A stretch of 64,000 bases of DNA, from the sequence record PZ027503.1. One strand, given 5' to 3'. Source of the stretch: a phage. A program made the translations under genes and the position numbers. This document shows, piece after piece, positions 55,968 to 63,433 of this stretch. The number at the start of each line of letters is the position of its first letter. The first letter of the stretch is position 1. The notes below the pieces were generated by a model. The model was not told the origin of the DNA, did not search any database, and saw only the letters and a list, made by a program, of their open reading frames with translations.

Positions 55968-56234
55968 ATGACAAATACTACATTACACCTTATGCACTCA
56001 TTGGGCTGGCAAGGCGGCACGGTGCACCAGGTAGCAAGCGCAACGGGCTTAAAGGTTGAAACAGTTCTCAACCTGGGCGATCATAAGGTGGAAGAGATAG
56101 ATCATTTTGATTCGTTCGCTGATGGTTATTTATGGGCTTGCAGTGGCGGCGGGGAAAGCAAGATACCGCCAGGGGAGCGGGGTAATATGTATTTTTGGTT
56201 AGGTGTCCTATCCTGGCAAGAAGATAAAAAATAA
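55968..56234 (+). CDS. hypothetical protein (lone plus-strand gene inside minus-strand block)
   Basis: 88-aa ORF with AAGGG RBS; GC-richer than surroundings. Confidence 0.45.
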   Translation: MTNTTLHLMHSLGWQGGTVHQVASATGLKVETVLNLGDHKVEEIDHFDSFADGYLWACSGGGESKIPPGERGNMYFWLGVLSWQEDKK

Positions 56235-56262
56235 TCTTGACAAGCCCAGGGATCGGGCTTAT
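56234..56262 (+). promoter_or_regulatory. sigma70-like promoter
   Basis: TTGACA, 17-bp spacer, TATACT; no sizeable ORF downstream. Confidence 0.5.
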
Positions 56263-56269
56263 ACTGTTT

Positions 56270-56480
56270 TACATACAGAAGAGGAAGCGCCACCCCACGG
56301 CGTAAAGGCGGGGCTAACATACCAGGGCGCTGGTTGGAAGGTTGATCGCCGGTAGGCTGGGCGCTATATATTTGTAAAGAAATGTAAAGATAAAATAATC
56401 GCTTGCTTTCCTGGCTGGATCTGTTATTCTTATTACATGGCGAGGGGACACGGGAGCGCGAGACAAACACCACCCCTGCG
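56270..56480 (+). ncRNA. candidate non-coding transcribed region (unclassified)
   Basis: Downstream of consensus promoter; GC-rich with several potential helices; no ORF over 20 codons. Confidence 0.2.
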
Positions 56481-56493
56481 CGTCATTCTCTAG

Positions 56494-56507
56494 ATGAGAA
56501 TGATTAT
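56494..56507. repeat. ATGAGAATGATTAT direct repeat, copy 2
   Basis: Identical to 43794-43807; lies in Fur-box-like near-palindrome GAGAATGATTATCATTC. Confidence 0.4.
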
Positions 56508-56617
56508 CATTCACCTTATTAAATAAGAATCAATCTCATTTATAAACTTAAATGCGAATCATTATCATTTGCATTTCCATATGAGAACTCTTCTCATTCT
56601 CACCTGCATAAATTTTT

Positions 56618-56660
56618 GTAAACTTTAAATTTTGCTTTTGTACTTTCATTTTTGTAAAAG
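56618..56660. repeat. about 40-bp direct repeat, copy 1 (AAACTTTAAATTTTG...TTTTGTAAA)
   Basis: About 35 of 39 positions identical to copy at 56756-56798; period about 138 bp. Confidence 0.5.
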
Positions 56661-56755
56661 CAAAAAAACTTTAAATACTGTGGGCGCGCAAAATTTTTAA
56701 AATTTTCCTTGACTTTTGAGTTTTGTTTTGTATCTAACATTTTAAGATAATTTTC

Positions 56756-56798
56756 CTAAACTTTAAATTTTGGTTTTCAACTTTCACTTTTGTAAATT
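56756..56798. repeat. about 40-bp direct repeat, copy 2
   Basis: See 56618-56660; each copy followed by a shorter related AAAACTTTAAATA motif. Confidence 0.5.
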
Positions 56799-56957
56799 CT
56801 TAAAAAGTTTAAATAATTTGAGGGATTTTTGAGATAATGGATAGTGGGAATTTGATATAACCTTTAATCTTATTAGTAGACCTTCAGGAACCCACTTAGA
56901 TCGAATCCTAGTGATGCAAACTGAAAAAGATAAGGGTTTGTATAGGACAAAATAACA

Positions 56958-56990
56958 GGCTCTCTACGGTGCTGTAGGAGCCTTATTTCT
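56958..56990. terminator. bidirectional terminator-like hairpin
   Basis: GGCTC.CTAC-ggtgct-GTAG.GAGCC followed by TTATTTCT (plus) and TGTTATTTTG (minus). Confidence 0.45.
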
Positions 56991-57038
56991 ATGCTACAAA
57001 GTGACACCTTTGTTCTAAAAATGAAAAAAGTTAAAATA

Positions 57039-57581
57039 TCACAAATATCGTCTTTGCGGTATTTTGTCTGGGAAAAGTATTTCGATCAGTTTATTATGAT
57101 ATTTACCTAAAAGATTCTGCCCTTTCCAGGTGGCAGGGTTTAGCACCCCTGGTTCATACATCCCCATTCCAATTCCGTAAACCTTATCGTAGGGGCTTGC
57201 TTCAACAAACGTTTTGTATTGGTAAAGGTGTAAGTCTGCATACAAATCTGGATTCTGTACATATTTCAAGCATAAACCTCGCATAACAATACGCTCACGG
57301 TTCTCTTCCCATACGTTGTTATCAAAATCCGACACTGCCCTACCCATACGTTTGTAATAAGCTTGGATCTTCTCATCTTTCCGTATCAAACTATGAGTCA
57401 GAATAGCCTGTGCAGTGTTGTGATCATTAAAAAGCAAAGCTTTACGCCACATCATGTATTGTTCGACACAATTAAATGTCTGATTGTAACCTGGTTCGGT
57501 TTCTGTAAAGGGTGCAATATACCAATTACTAAAAACATCTTTATGTGAAAAGAAGAATACATAATCATCAGTTATTCGCAT
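57039..57581 (-). CDS. NADAR-domain protein (YbiA-like, DUF1768)
   Basis: FFFS...FSNW, VEQYMMWRKALLF, KRMGR, VEASPYDKVYGIGMG, NLLGK follow the YbiA/NADAR pattern. Confidence 0.75.
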   Translation of the reverse strand: MRITDDYVFFFSHKDVFSNWYIAPFTETEPGYNQTFNCVEQYMMWRKALLFNDHNTAQAILTHSLIRKDEKIQAYYKRMGRAVSDFDNNVWEENRERIVMRGLCLKYVQNPDLYADLHLYQYKTFVEASPYDKVYGIGMGMYEPGVLNPATWKGQNLLGKYHNKLIEILFPDKIPQRRYL

Positions 57582-57756
57582 TTTTCATACTCTCCAAAAT
57601 TTCACGTTGCCCTTGCTGATAGGCTTTCATCAGAACTACTTTAAGGTTTGTCTCCAAGAGGTCTTCATTGTAATTATACCGCTCCACAACATATGTCAAT
57701 TCATCATAAAGATCAAGAACGGGGTAGAATACAGGGTTATCTGCTAAACGTGCCAT
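57568..57756 (-). CDS. hypothetical protein
   Basis: Track ORF trimmed to ATG 57756 after AAAGGAGAAA. Confidence 0.4.
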   Translation of the reverse strand: MARLADNPVFYPVLDLYDELTYVVERYNYNEDLLETNLKVVLMKAYQQGQREILESMKNANN

Positions 57757-57769
57757 AATTTCTCCTTTG

Positions 57770-58135
57770 TTAGTCCATCCACCAGTAGCCATAAACTGCG
57801 TCTGCGTCGATGAGTTTGTGTTTGTTGTTTCGCATGTAGTCTAAGATAAGTAGACGTTTATTGTATCTGGAGAGATTATGACCCTCTTTTCCGCCATAGT
57901 CAAAATATTTTGCAAGATCTTTGCACTCAAACAAAATTAGTTCGGGAGTTTCTTCACACTGGTCTGTCTGGTACACTTGACGAATGATCATGTATACATC
58001 ATCGTCTTCCGCTAAATGCTCTACTGGTCCACATCCAGCAGGAACAAATTCATAGTCCCATCTGATCAGATGTTTCTCTACTGCTTCAAAGAAGTCCATT
58101 CTTTCGTTGCGCATAATTTGAACGTCAACTAACAT
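57770..58135 (-). CDS. hypothetical protein
   Basis: ORF in track; AGGAGGAAAC RBS. Confidence 0.5.
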   Translation of the reverse strand: MLVDVQIMRNERMDFFEAVEKHLIRWDYEFVPAGCGPVEHLAEDDDVYMIIRQVYQTDQCEETPELILFECKDLAKYFDYGGKEGHNLSRYNKRLLILDYMRNNKHKLIDADAVYGYWWMD

Positions 58136-59136
58136 GTTTCCTCCTGTAATATTCCACCATAAAGTTTATAAATGTTTTGTATTGATGCCAGACAAGATAG
58201 CTCCACTGTTTCTGTGTAGCCGTCTGGCATAGCATATTTGCTCACTGCTTCTGTGTCTAACACCTTTTTGCAATACTTTTCTGAATTTTTGCACTGCTTC
58301 ACAGTGGGGAACTGCCACACTTGAACTTGTCTCATAGTAAACACATTGCGGCTATTCTGTTCTTTGATACGGCGATCACTACTATTGGCAATACCAAACT
58401 TCAGTGCACAAAGAATACCATCTTCATCATAAATATGATTAATGTAACATTGTTGTTGGTTTTGGCCCCCGCACTGCGGACACCCACTCCCCTTATGTAG
58501 CAAACCATCTGCACGCCCTATCTGTTCCCCGTGCTCCTTACATCCATATTTAAACTTACCCATTGTTGAAGGTTTACCGATCCATCCTACCCATATATAT
58601 CCTCTCCTTTCTACTTCCTTTCTTGTTCTATAGGTGGTCTGATCCTCTGTGTATTTGTAACTTGTAGAACAGCGGCAAGGGAGACACCCACGTTTAAGAT
58701 GACTTCCGGTAGCATAGAATTTACCATCACACACCCCAGCTTCCACATATTCATCATGAGAGCAAACAGGACATTCAACCATCCATACTATATCACACCC
58801 TTTACGTTCCCCTGTATTGGTGAAAATAGTGCCTTCCTTAAATTTACCTACCTTCATAAAATCTTGTATGTGTTGCTGGTCTGGAATAGTGATAGCTTTG
58901 CTTCTCTTTTTCGAACGTTCCCTGTAGGCGCACTTAGGACAACCTCGACCATCTTTAAAACTGTGAAACGTTGTAGTATTCCATTCATGACCATGCTCAC
59001 AACGATTGATCATCTTCGTATGCACACCTTTATCTTCTCCATACGTGCCGAGAATGGTAATCCCTTTAGCCTCAGCTATCGGCTTACATTCTTCCATATA
59101 TGTTTCAATACTCTTCTTTACTGGCATATCTAACAA
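58129..59136 (-). CDS. Cys-rich protein with repeated G-x-G-C-P-x-C zinc-ribbon-like motifs
   Basis: CEHGHEW...GRGCPKC, ECPVC, RGCLPCRC, GSGCPQCGG; 335 aa. Confidence 0.45.
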   Translation of the reverse strand: MLDMPVKKSIETYMEECKPIAEAKGITILGTYGEDKGVHTKMINRCEHGHEWNTTTFHSFKDGRGCPKCAYRERSKKRSKAITIPDQQHIQDFMKVGKFKEGTIFTNTGERKGCDIVWMVECPVCSHDEYVEAGVCDGKFYATGSHLKRGCLPCRCSTSYKYTEDQTTYRTRKEVERRGYIWVGWIGKPSTMGKFKYGCKEHGEQIGRADGLLHKGSGCPQCGGQNQQQCYINHIYDEDGILCALKFGIANSSDRRIKEQNSRNVFTMRQVQVWQFPTVKQCKNSEKYCKKVLDTEAVSKYAMPDGYTETVELSCLASIQNIYKLYGGILQEETC

Positions 59137-59164
59137 TTCTCTTCCTATTAAACTGAAATCAATA

Positions 59165-59188
59165 TAACAAAACCCGCCGAAGCGGGTT
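59165..59188 (-). terminator. intrinsic terminator (minus strand)
   Basis: ACCCGC-ttcg-GCGGGTT followed by TTTGTT on minus strand, just after ATPase stop. Confidence 0.5.
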
Positions 59189-59205
59189 TAGCTATTTGTG
59201 CTGTA

Positions 59206-60345
59206 TCAGAATACGCTACCCAGTGTGGTAGATCGCTGCGTTACAGGCTCCAGCACCACTCGCAGAGTGTTTCCTGGTGTAGTGCTCATCACCAGGATCT
59301 TACCACCTTCAATCAGATCACAAGTTAGACCATCAGCAGTTGCACATAGATCAATATGTGGGTCGCCATCTTCGTCTAGGATAACATAACTATTGGTTTC
59401 CATTGCTTCCACTTCATCATCTTTCAAGCTTTGTAGATAGATGTTCAAGGAACAAGCACCCGACAAAAACTTAGTAGGGGTAAAGTCGTGCCAGTTATTG
59501 ATCCAATTCACCTTCAAGGTTTTACCATTAGCTACAATAGAAGCCACATTCCATTTAGCATCATTGCCTAAAGAAATACCCATCATTTCAAGACATTCTT
59601 TAAAAGTCATTTTTGGATAGAAATTCAATTCTTCTACAATGCCTTGAATAACATCGAAAGACAACTCTGTGCTAACATCCCATAAACGTTGGAAGTTATC
59701 TACGTGTTTTTTATTTACCAAGTTCTTATCCAAGTAATCTAACATAGTTTCACTAGACAGTTTATCGTAATTGAAACTGTAGTAGATACGACTAGGACGG
59801 TTTACAAAATATTCCGAGATATAGCCACTATTTTTAGTGAGGATGTAAAGTTTATTCCCACTTCCTGTTCCATCCAACAAGGTCAACAGTGCTTCCTGAT
59901 CTTCTTTCTTAGCGTACACTTTATCAAATTCGTCAAATAAAACAACAGCACGATCTGTAATTTTACTCATAAATTCTAAGAAGCCAGCATCTGTGTAAGG
60001 CTGTGTAACCAAAATGGTTGGAATACCTAAACCTTCTGTGGACATTAGAGACATGCTAATCAGTTTAGCTAACATCGTCTTACCACTGCCTTTTGTCCCT
60101 GTCAGTAACACCCCAGTATTTTTACCTTCTTTACTACGACGAGCAAATGTTTTAATAACATGTGCGGCGCGATCTTTAGTTTCCCCATAAAGAGTGTTCG
60201 GAAGAGAGAAACTTTCGCCACGCACTAAAGAGTAGTTACCGTGCGGATCGCAGTTGACAACCCAAACTCCAGCAGGAAGTTTATTAGCTTCAACACCATA
60301 TTCCTTATTTACAACAGCCACATCTCCAAAAATAGTGTATTTCAT
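59206..60345 (-). CDS. P-loop ATPase (AAA-like)
   Basis: Walker A LTGTKGSGKT, Walker B VVLFDEFD; 379 aa; TAATG coupling to upstream gene. Confidence 0.6.
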   Translation of the reverse strand: MKYTIFGDVAVVNKEYGVEANKLPAGVWVVNCDPHGNYSLVRGESFSLPNTLYGETKDRAAHVIKTFARRSKEGKNTGVLLTGTKGSGKTMLAKLISMSLMSTEGLGIPTILVTQPYTDAGFLEFMSKITDRAVVLFDEFDKVYAKKEDQEALLTLLDGTGSGNKLYILTKNSGYISEYFVNRPSRIYYSFNYDKLSSETMLDYLDKNLVNKKHVDNFQRLWDVSTELSFDVIQGIVEELNFYPKMTFKECLEMMGISLGNDAKWNVASIVANGKTLKVNWINNWHDFTPTKFLSGACSLNIYLQSLKDDEVEAMETNSYVILDEDGDPHIDLCATADGLTCDLIEGGKILVMSTTPGNTLRVVLEPVTQRSTTLGSVF

Positions 60346-60701
60346 TAGAACGTTTCTCCTTTTAAAATAATTACTGTAAACTTTGCAGTTTTTTCACTCT
60401 TAATATTCTTGATTAATAAGTACTCTCCTCCAGGGGCATCTTTGTATTGTTTAATAGCTACTATTTCATTTTTGCAAGTAGCTATAATCGAATAAAAAGG
60501 ACGTTCCGTGTTATCTTCTTTTCCTGTATATGCCTCAACATCTTGGCACTCTTCTAGAACACCATTTCCAGGTGTATAGTAAAATTTGTTGCCTGTGATC
60601 ACAACATCTTTACCAATATCTGTTTTAACTGCTACAAATTTTTGAGCGTAAGTGGTGAAGCTTACGGTAGCCAGCAATGTGGCTAAGATTAATTTTTTCA
60701 T
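60345..60701 (-). CDS. secreted protein with N-terminal signal peptide
   Basis: MKKLILATLLATVSFTTYA signal-like N-terminus; AGGAGGGAAG RBS; start set at ATG 60701. Confidence 0.5.
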   Translation of the reverse strand: MKKLILATLLATVSFTTYAQKFVAVKTDIGKDVVITGNKFYYTPGNGVLEECQDVEAYTGKEDNTERPFYSIIATCKNEIVAIKQYKDAPGGEYLLIKNIKSEKTAKFTVIILKGETF

Positions 60702-60712
60702 AAACTTCCCTC

Positions 60713-60877
60713 CTATTCCCACAACATACAAATCGCAGCGACAAACATATTAGCAATAGCTGCACCAAGAACTATAAACATCGCCAGTTCAGAACAATAT
60801 TCACCAACCAGAGGGGATACTATTGCACAGAGTAGTCCCAATGTCAAACACAAGTTGATGATGAAGTTTAAAATCAT
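60713..60877 (-). CDS. small hydrophobic membrane protein (54 aa)
   Basis: Below track cutoff; AAGGAGAGAAT RBS; two hydrophobic segments. Confidence 0.4.
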   Translation of the reverse strand: MILNFIINLCLTLGLLCAIVSPLVGEYCSELAMFIVLGAAIANMFVAAICMLWE

Positions 60878-60886
60878 ATTCTCTCC

Positions 60887-61078
60887 TTACAACCAACCCT
60901 TTGCCTGGTAGCCTTTAGAAAATCCATTTTCCCATTCTTCGAATTCCTTTTTGTGTGTCATTGGACAGTATGGATTTACTTTATTAAACATACCAAACTT
61001 GAACCCTGCGGTATACCCTTTCTTAAAAGCTATTGATTCTAAAGAGATCATATTCTTTCTCCTCTTAGAACTCGACAA
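60887..61078 (-). CDS. hypothetical protein
   Basis: ORF in track. Confidence 0.4.
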   Translation of the reverse strand: MSSSKRRKNMISLESIAFKKGYTAGFKFGMFNKVNPYCPMTHKKEFEEWENGFSKGYQAKGWL

Positions 61079-61316
61079 TGATTTTGTCTAAGTGTTCTGC
61101 TTCAACTTGGGATAATGTTAACACCTGCACCAAACCTCTGTCAATGCCTAATTTGATCACTTGCAAATAATCACCGAAAAGATCAGAGATTTCAATCTGG
61201 TGTTCAGTAACCACCACGACCTCGTTACCCTTGGTATACTCTCTCCAGATTCGTCCACACTTGTAAATGAAATCTTTCTGGTCTTCACTGATCATCTTAG
61301 GCTTAACGCTTAACAT
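61065..61316 (-). CDS. hypothetical protein
   Basis: ORF in track. Confidence 0.4.
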   Translation of the reverse strand: MLSVKPKMISEDQKDFIYKCGRIWREYTKGNEVVVVTEHQIEISDLFGDYLQVIKLGIDRGLVQVLTLSQVEAEHLDKIIVEF

Positions 61317-61672
61317 TACATACTCCCGTATTCTGGTTCAATATTATGTTTACGACAAATGGTATCCCAACGTTCATTACCAAAACTTCTTCCATGTAGA
61401 GCGTTAAATGCGAAATGCTCTGCCAACCACAATACTACATCATCAGGATCTGTGTCAAGAGGAATTCTAAACTCTCGATCATAACGCATACGCAGAATAA
61501 AATCCTTATCATCTTCAAGGAGATACATGTGACTTTTAGCCCGTGATGCCAAATCAAAGAAAGGAGGCTCATCTTTCCAAACGTGACGCTCAACTTCAAC
61601 ACCATGATCAACTACCAGAGTAGCGATTACCTCTCTCATTTCTTTACTAAACATATTACCTCCATTAACCAA
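61316..61672 (-). CDS. hypothetical protein
   Basis: ORF in track. Confidence 0.45.
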   Translation of the reverse strand: MVNGGNMFSKEMREVIATLVVDHGVEVERHVWKDEPPFFDLASRAKSHMYLLEDDKDFILRMRYDREFRIPLDTDPDDVVLWLAEHFAFNALHGRSFGNERWDTICRKHNIEPEYGSM

Positions 61673-61853
61673 TTAGTTCAACCGATTTGCAAATGTAAAT
61701 CCAAACTGGAGTGAGCATAAGAGCTATACCGAATGCACAATTCCACTTAATTCCCATTTCCTCTATTAGAGACATGATTAAGCCAACAGCACTAATAATC
61801 AGATAGATCCCTAAGAAAGCCATTGTGAAGAATTCAGACATATTTAGCTCCAA
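61665..61853 (-). CDS. small membrane protein
   Basis: Two hydrophobic segments (FFTMAFLGIYLIISAVGLIM, FGIALMLTPVWIYI). Confidence 0.45.
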   Translation of the reverse strand: MELNMSEFFTMAFLGIYLIISAVGLIMSLIEEMGIKWNCAFGIALMLTPVWIYICKSVELIG

Positions 61854-62200
61854 AGATTATCAAAATAACTAGCGAATAAAAGACGGCCCTCTAACCGTGC
61901 CTTCCTTTGATCTTCAGCATACACGATTTCTGGATTACCACTATCAATAAAAGCATTCTCCATCTTTTCTAAAATATTTAACCACTCTCTTCTACCTGTC
62001 TCCTCTTCTTCATCTGTATACGGCGCACTTCTATTTGGATACAAAACACGCATCAGTTTAGTGGGGATCATGACAAACGTGCTATTGTTTGCCTTCTCAC
62101 GGAAGGCTTTAATTCCTGCATAGATTACCTTCCCCAAAGCTGCATCCAAATCCATCAGGTCACTTTCTTCTATTTGAATTTCATCGTGTACAATTTTCAT
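61844..62200 (-). CDS. hypothetical protein
   Basis: ORF in track. Confidence 0.45.
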   Translation of the reverse strand: MKIVHDEIQIEESDLMDLDAALGKVIYAGIKAFREKANNSTFVMIPTKLMRVLYPNRSAPYTDEEEETGRREWLNILEKMENAFIDSGNPEIVYAEDQRKARLEGRLLFASYFDNLWS

Positions 62201-62484
62201 CGTGCCTTCTCCCGATCTGCATCTAATTTCAACAAGAAAGCTGTATACTCTTCCGAACCTTGGTGTAAAAACATGTGATAAGAGCTTACCAGTTTCTTCG
62301 TTGTCGTATAACGTTCCATTTCCCCAACAACACCTCCACCTAGTGTGTAGAGCACAATACCTTCAACTCCAACATAGGTTACTACTTCAACCAAGTCTGT
62401 GTTATCCCAATAGTAGTTAGGTGACACAATAAGATCGCCAACTGCCAGTTTAATGTTTGCTACTTCATCTTGTGAATAATACAT
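62197..62484 (-). CDS. hypothetical protein
   Basis: Track ORF trimmed to ATG 62484 after AGAGAGGAGAA. Confidence 0.4.
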   Translation of the reverse strand: MYYSQDEVANIKLAVGDLIVSPNYYWDNTDLVEVVTYVGVEGIVLYTLGGGVVGEMERYTTTKKLVSSYHMFLHQGSEEYTAFLLKLDADREKAR

Positions 62485-62521
62485 TTGGTTCTCCTCTCTT
62501 AATTGATGGAAATAGTATACC

Positions 62522-63013
62522 TTACCACATAATCTCGCGCAACTCTTTTTCTTCTTTAAAATTACGCAAGTTTTCCAGTGCACGGTTTAGGTCTTCTTCC
62601 GTCTCTGCTTTCTGGACTTTTTCCATCATTTTCGCAACAATATTTTTCTTAACTTGCAAATCTGGAACAGGCATACGTTTTTCCATTTCATAAACTTCTC
62701 GTTTATGACGTTCCTCCATCTCTGCTTTTTCTTTTACCCAATCCGCCTCGTCCATTGCACCTTTGCAGACACAAGTGTAACCTTTAATAGTATAATCACC
62801 ATGTTCAATACCAGGTTGAAGAGCTAAGGCTTCATTACCACAATACGCGCACAACGGACGACCTGGCATTTTCAAAGTTTTGGTAGCCTTAGCGCCACAT
62901 TGACTATCCCAGCTTGTTTTATAACTGGAACCGTTGTCTCCGTGAGAACGACCAACCAAGAAGTTACGGAAGAAACCCATAGCACGTTCGTCAATGTAAT
63001 CAGGGTAAGCCAT
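62522..63013 (-). CDS. hypothetical protein with Cys cluster
   Basis: ORF in track; CAYCG...CVCKG. Confidence 0.45.
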   Translation of the reverse strand: MAYPDYIDERAMGFFRNFLVGRSHGDNGSSYKTSWDSQCGAKATKTLKMPGRPLCAYCGNEALALQPGIEHGDYTIKGYTCVCKGAMDEADWVKEKAEMEERHKREVYEMEKRMPVPDLQVKKNIVAKMMEKVQKAETEEDLNRALENLRNFKEEKELREIMW

Positions 63014-63025
63014 TATATTCTCCTT

Positions 63026-63319
63026 TCACATTAAGACACGTTTTGTGTCGATGGGTGCATTATCAAACATGTTAAGAACATTGTCAAGCAGTTTTACTAA
63101 TTCGTTTGTAATTTGTTCCTTTGAACGGGAGGAAGTGAGCACTTTGCTTTCACCAACAATATGCATAACTTTTATAGGAGCGTCTAAAATGATGTTGTGC
63201 TGACGATCCTCTTCAAAAGAAGCCAACCATTTCTCATTGTTACCGTGCAAGGCTATAATCACACCAAAACCGTTAATTGTTTCAGAAATATTCTTAGTTG
63301 CTAAAGTAATGTTCATCAT
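63026..63319 (-). CDS. hypothetical protein
   Basis: ORF in track; first gene of minus block; TTGATC-16-TATCAT promoter-like element upstream. Confidence 0.45.
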   Translation of the reverse strand: MMNITLATKNISETINGFGVIIALHGNNEKWLASFEEDRQHNIILDAPIKVMHIVGESKVLTSSRSKEQITNELVKLLDNVLNMFDNAPIDTKRVLM

Positions 63320-63375
63320 CTACCTCTCTTGTTAATGTTCATACATGATACCTGAAAATAATTTCAGATCAAGTG

Positions 63376-63403
63376 TTGACATGCTTTTTAGTCCTGTTAA
63401 GAT
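63376..63403 (+). promoter_or_regulatory. sigma70-like promoter at divergent junction
   Basis: TTGACA, 16-bp spacer, TAAGAT. Confidence 0.45.
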
Positions 63404-63433
63404 CAACTCATACAAAACGAGAGGAGAAAACAA

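Noticed and set aside
55641-56473. ORFs 55641-55823 (minus), 55714-55971 (plus) and 56126-56473 (minus, Pro/Ser-rich)
   Set aside because: Low-complexity products without RBSs, overlapping promoter elements or antisense to the better-supported plus-strand gene.
56840-56910. Possible tRNA suggested by a TCGAATCC-like segment
   Set aside because: Flanking bases do not form a T-arm stem, and no acceptor or anticodon stem could be built; no tRNA called.
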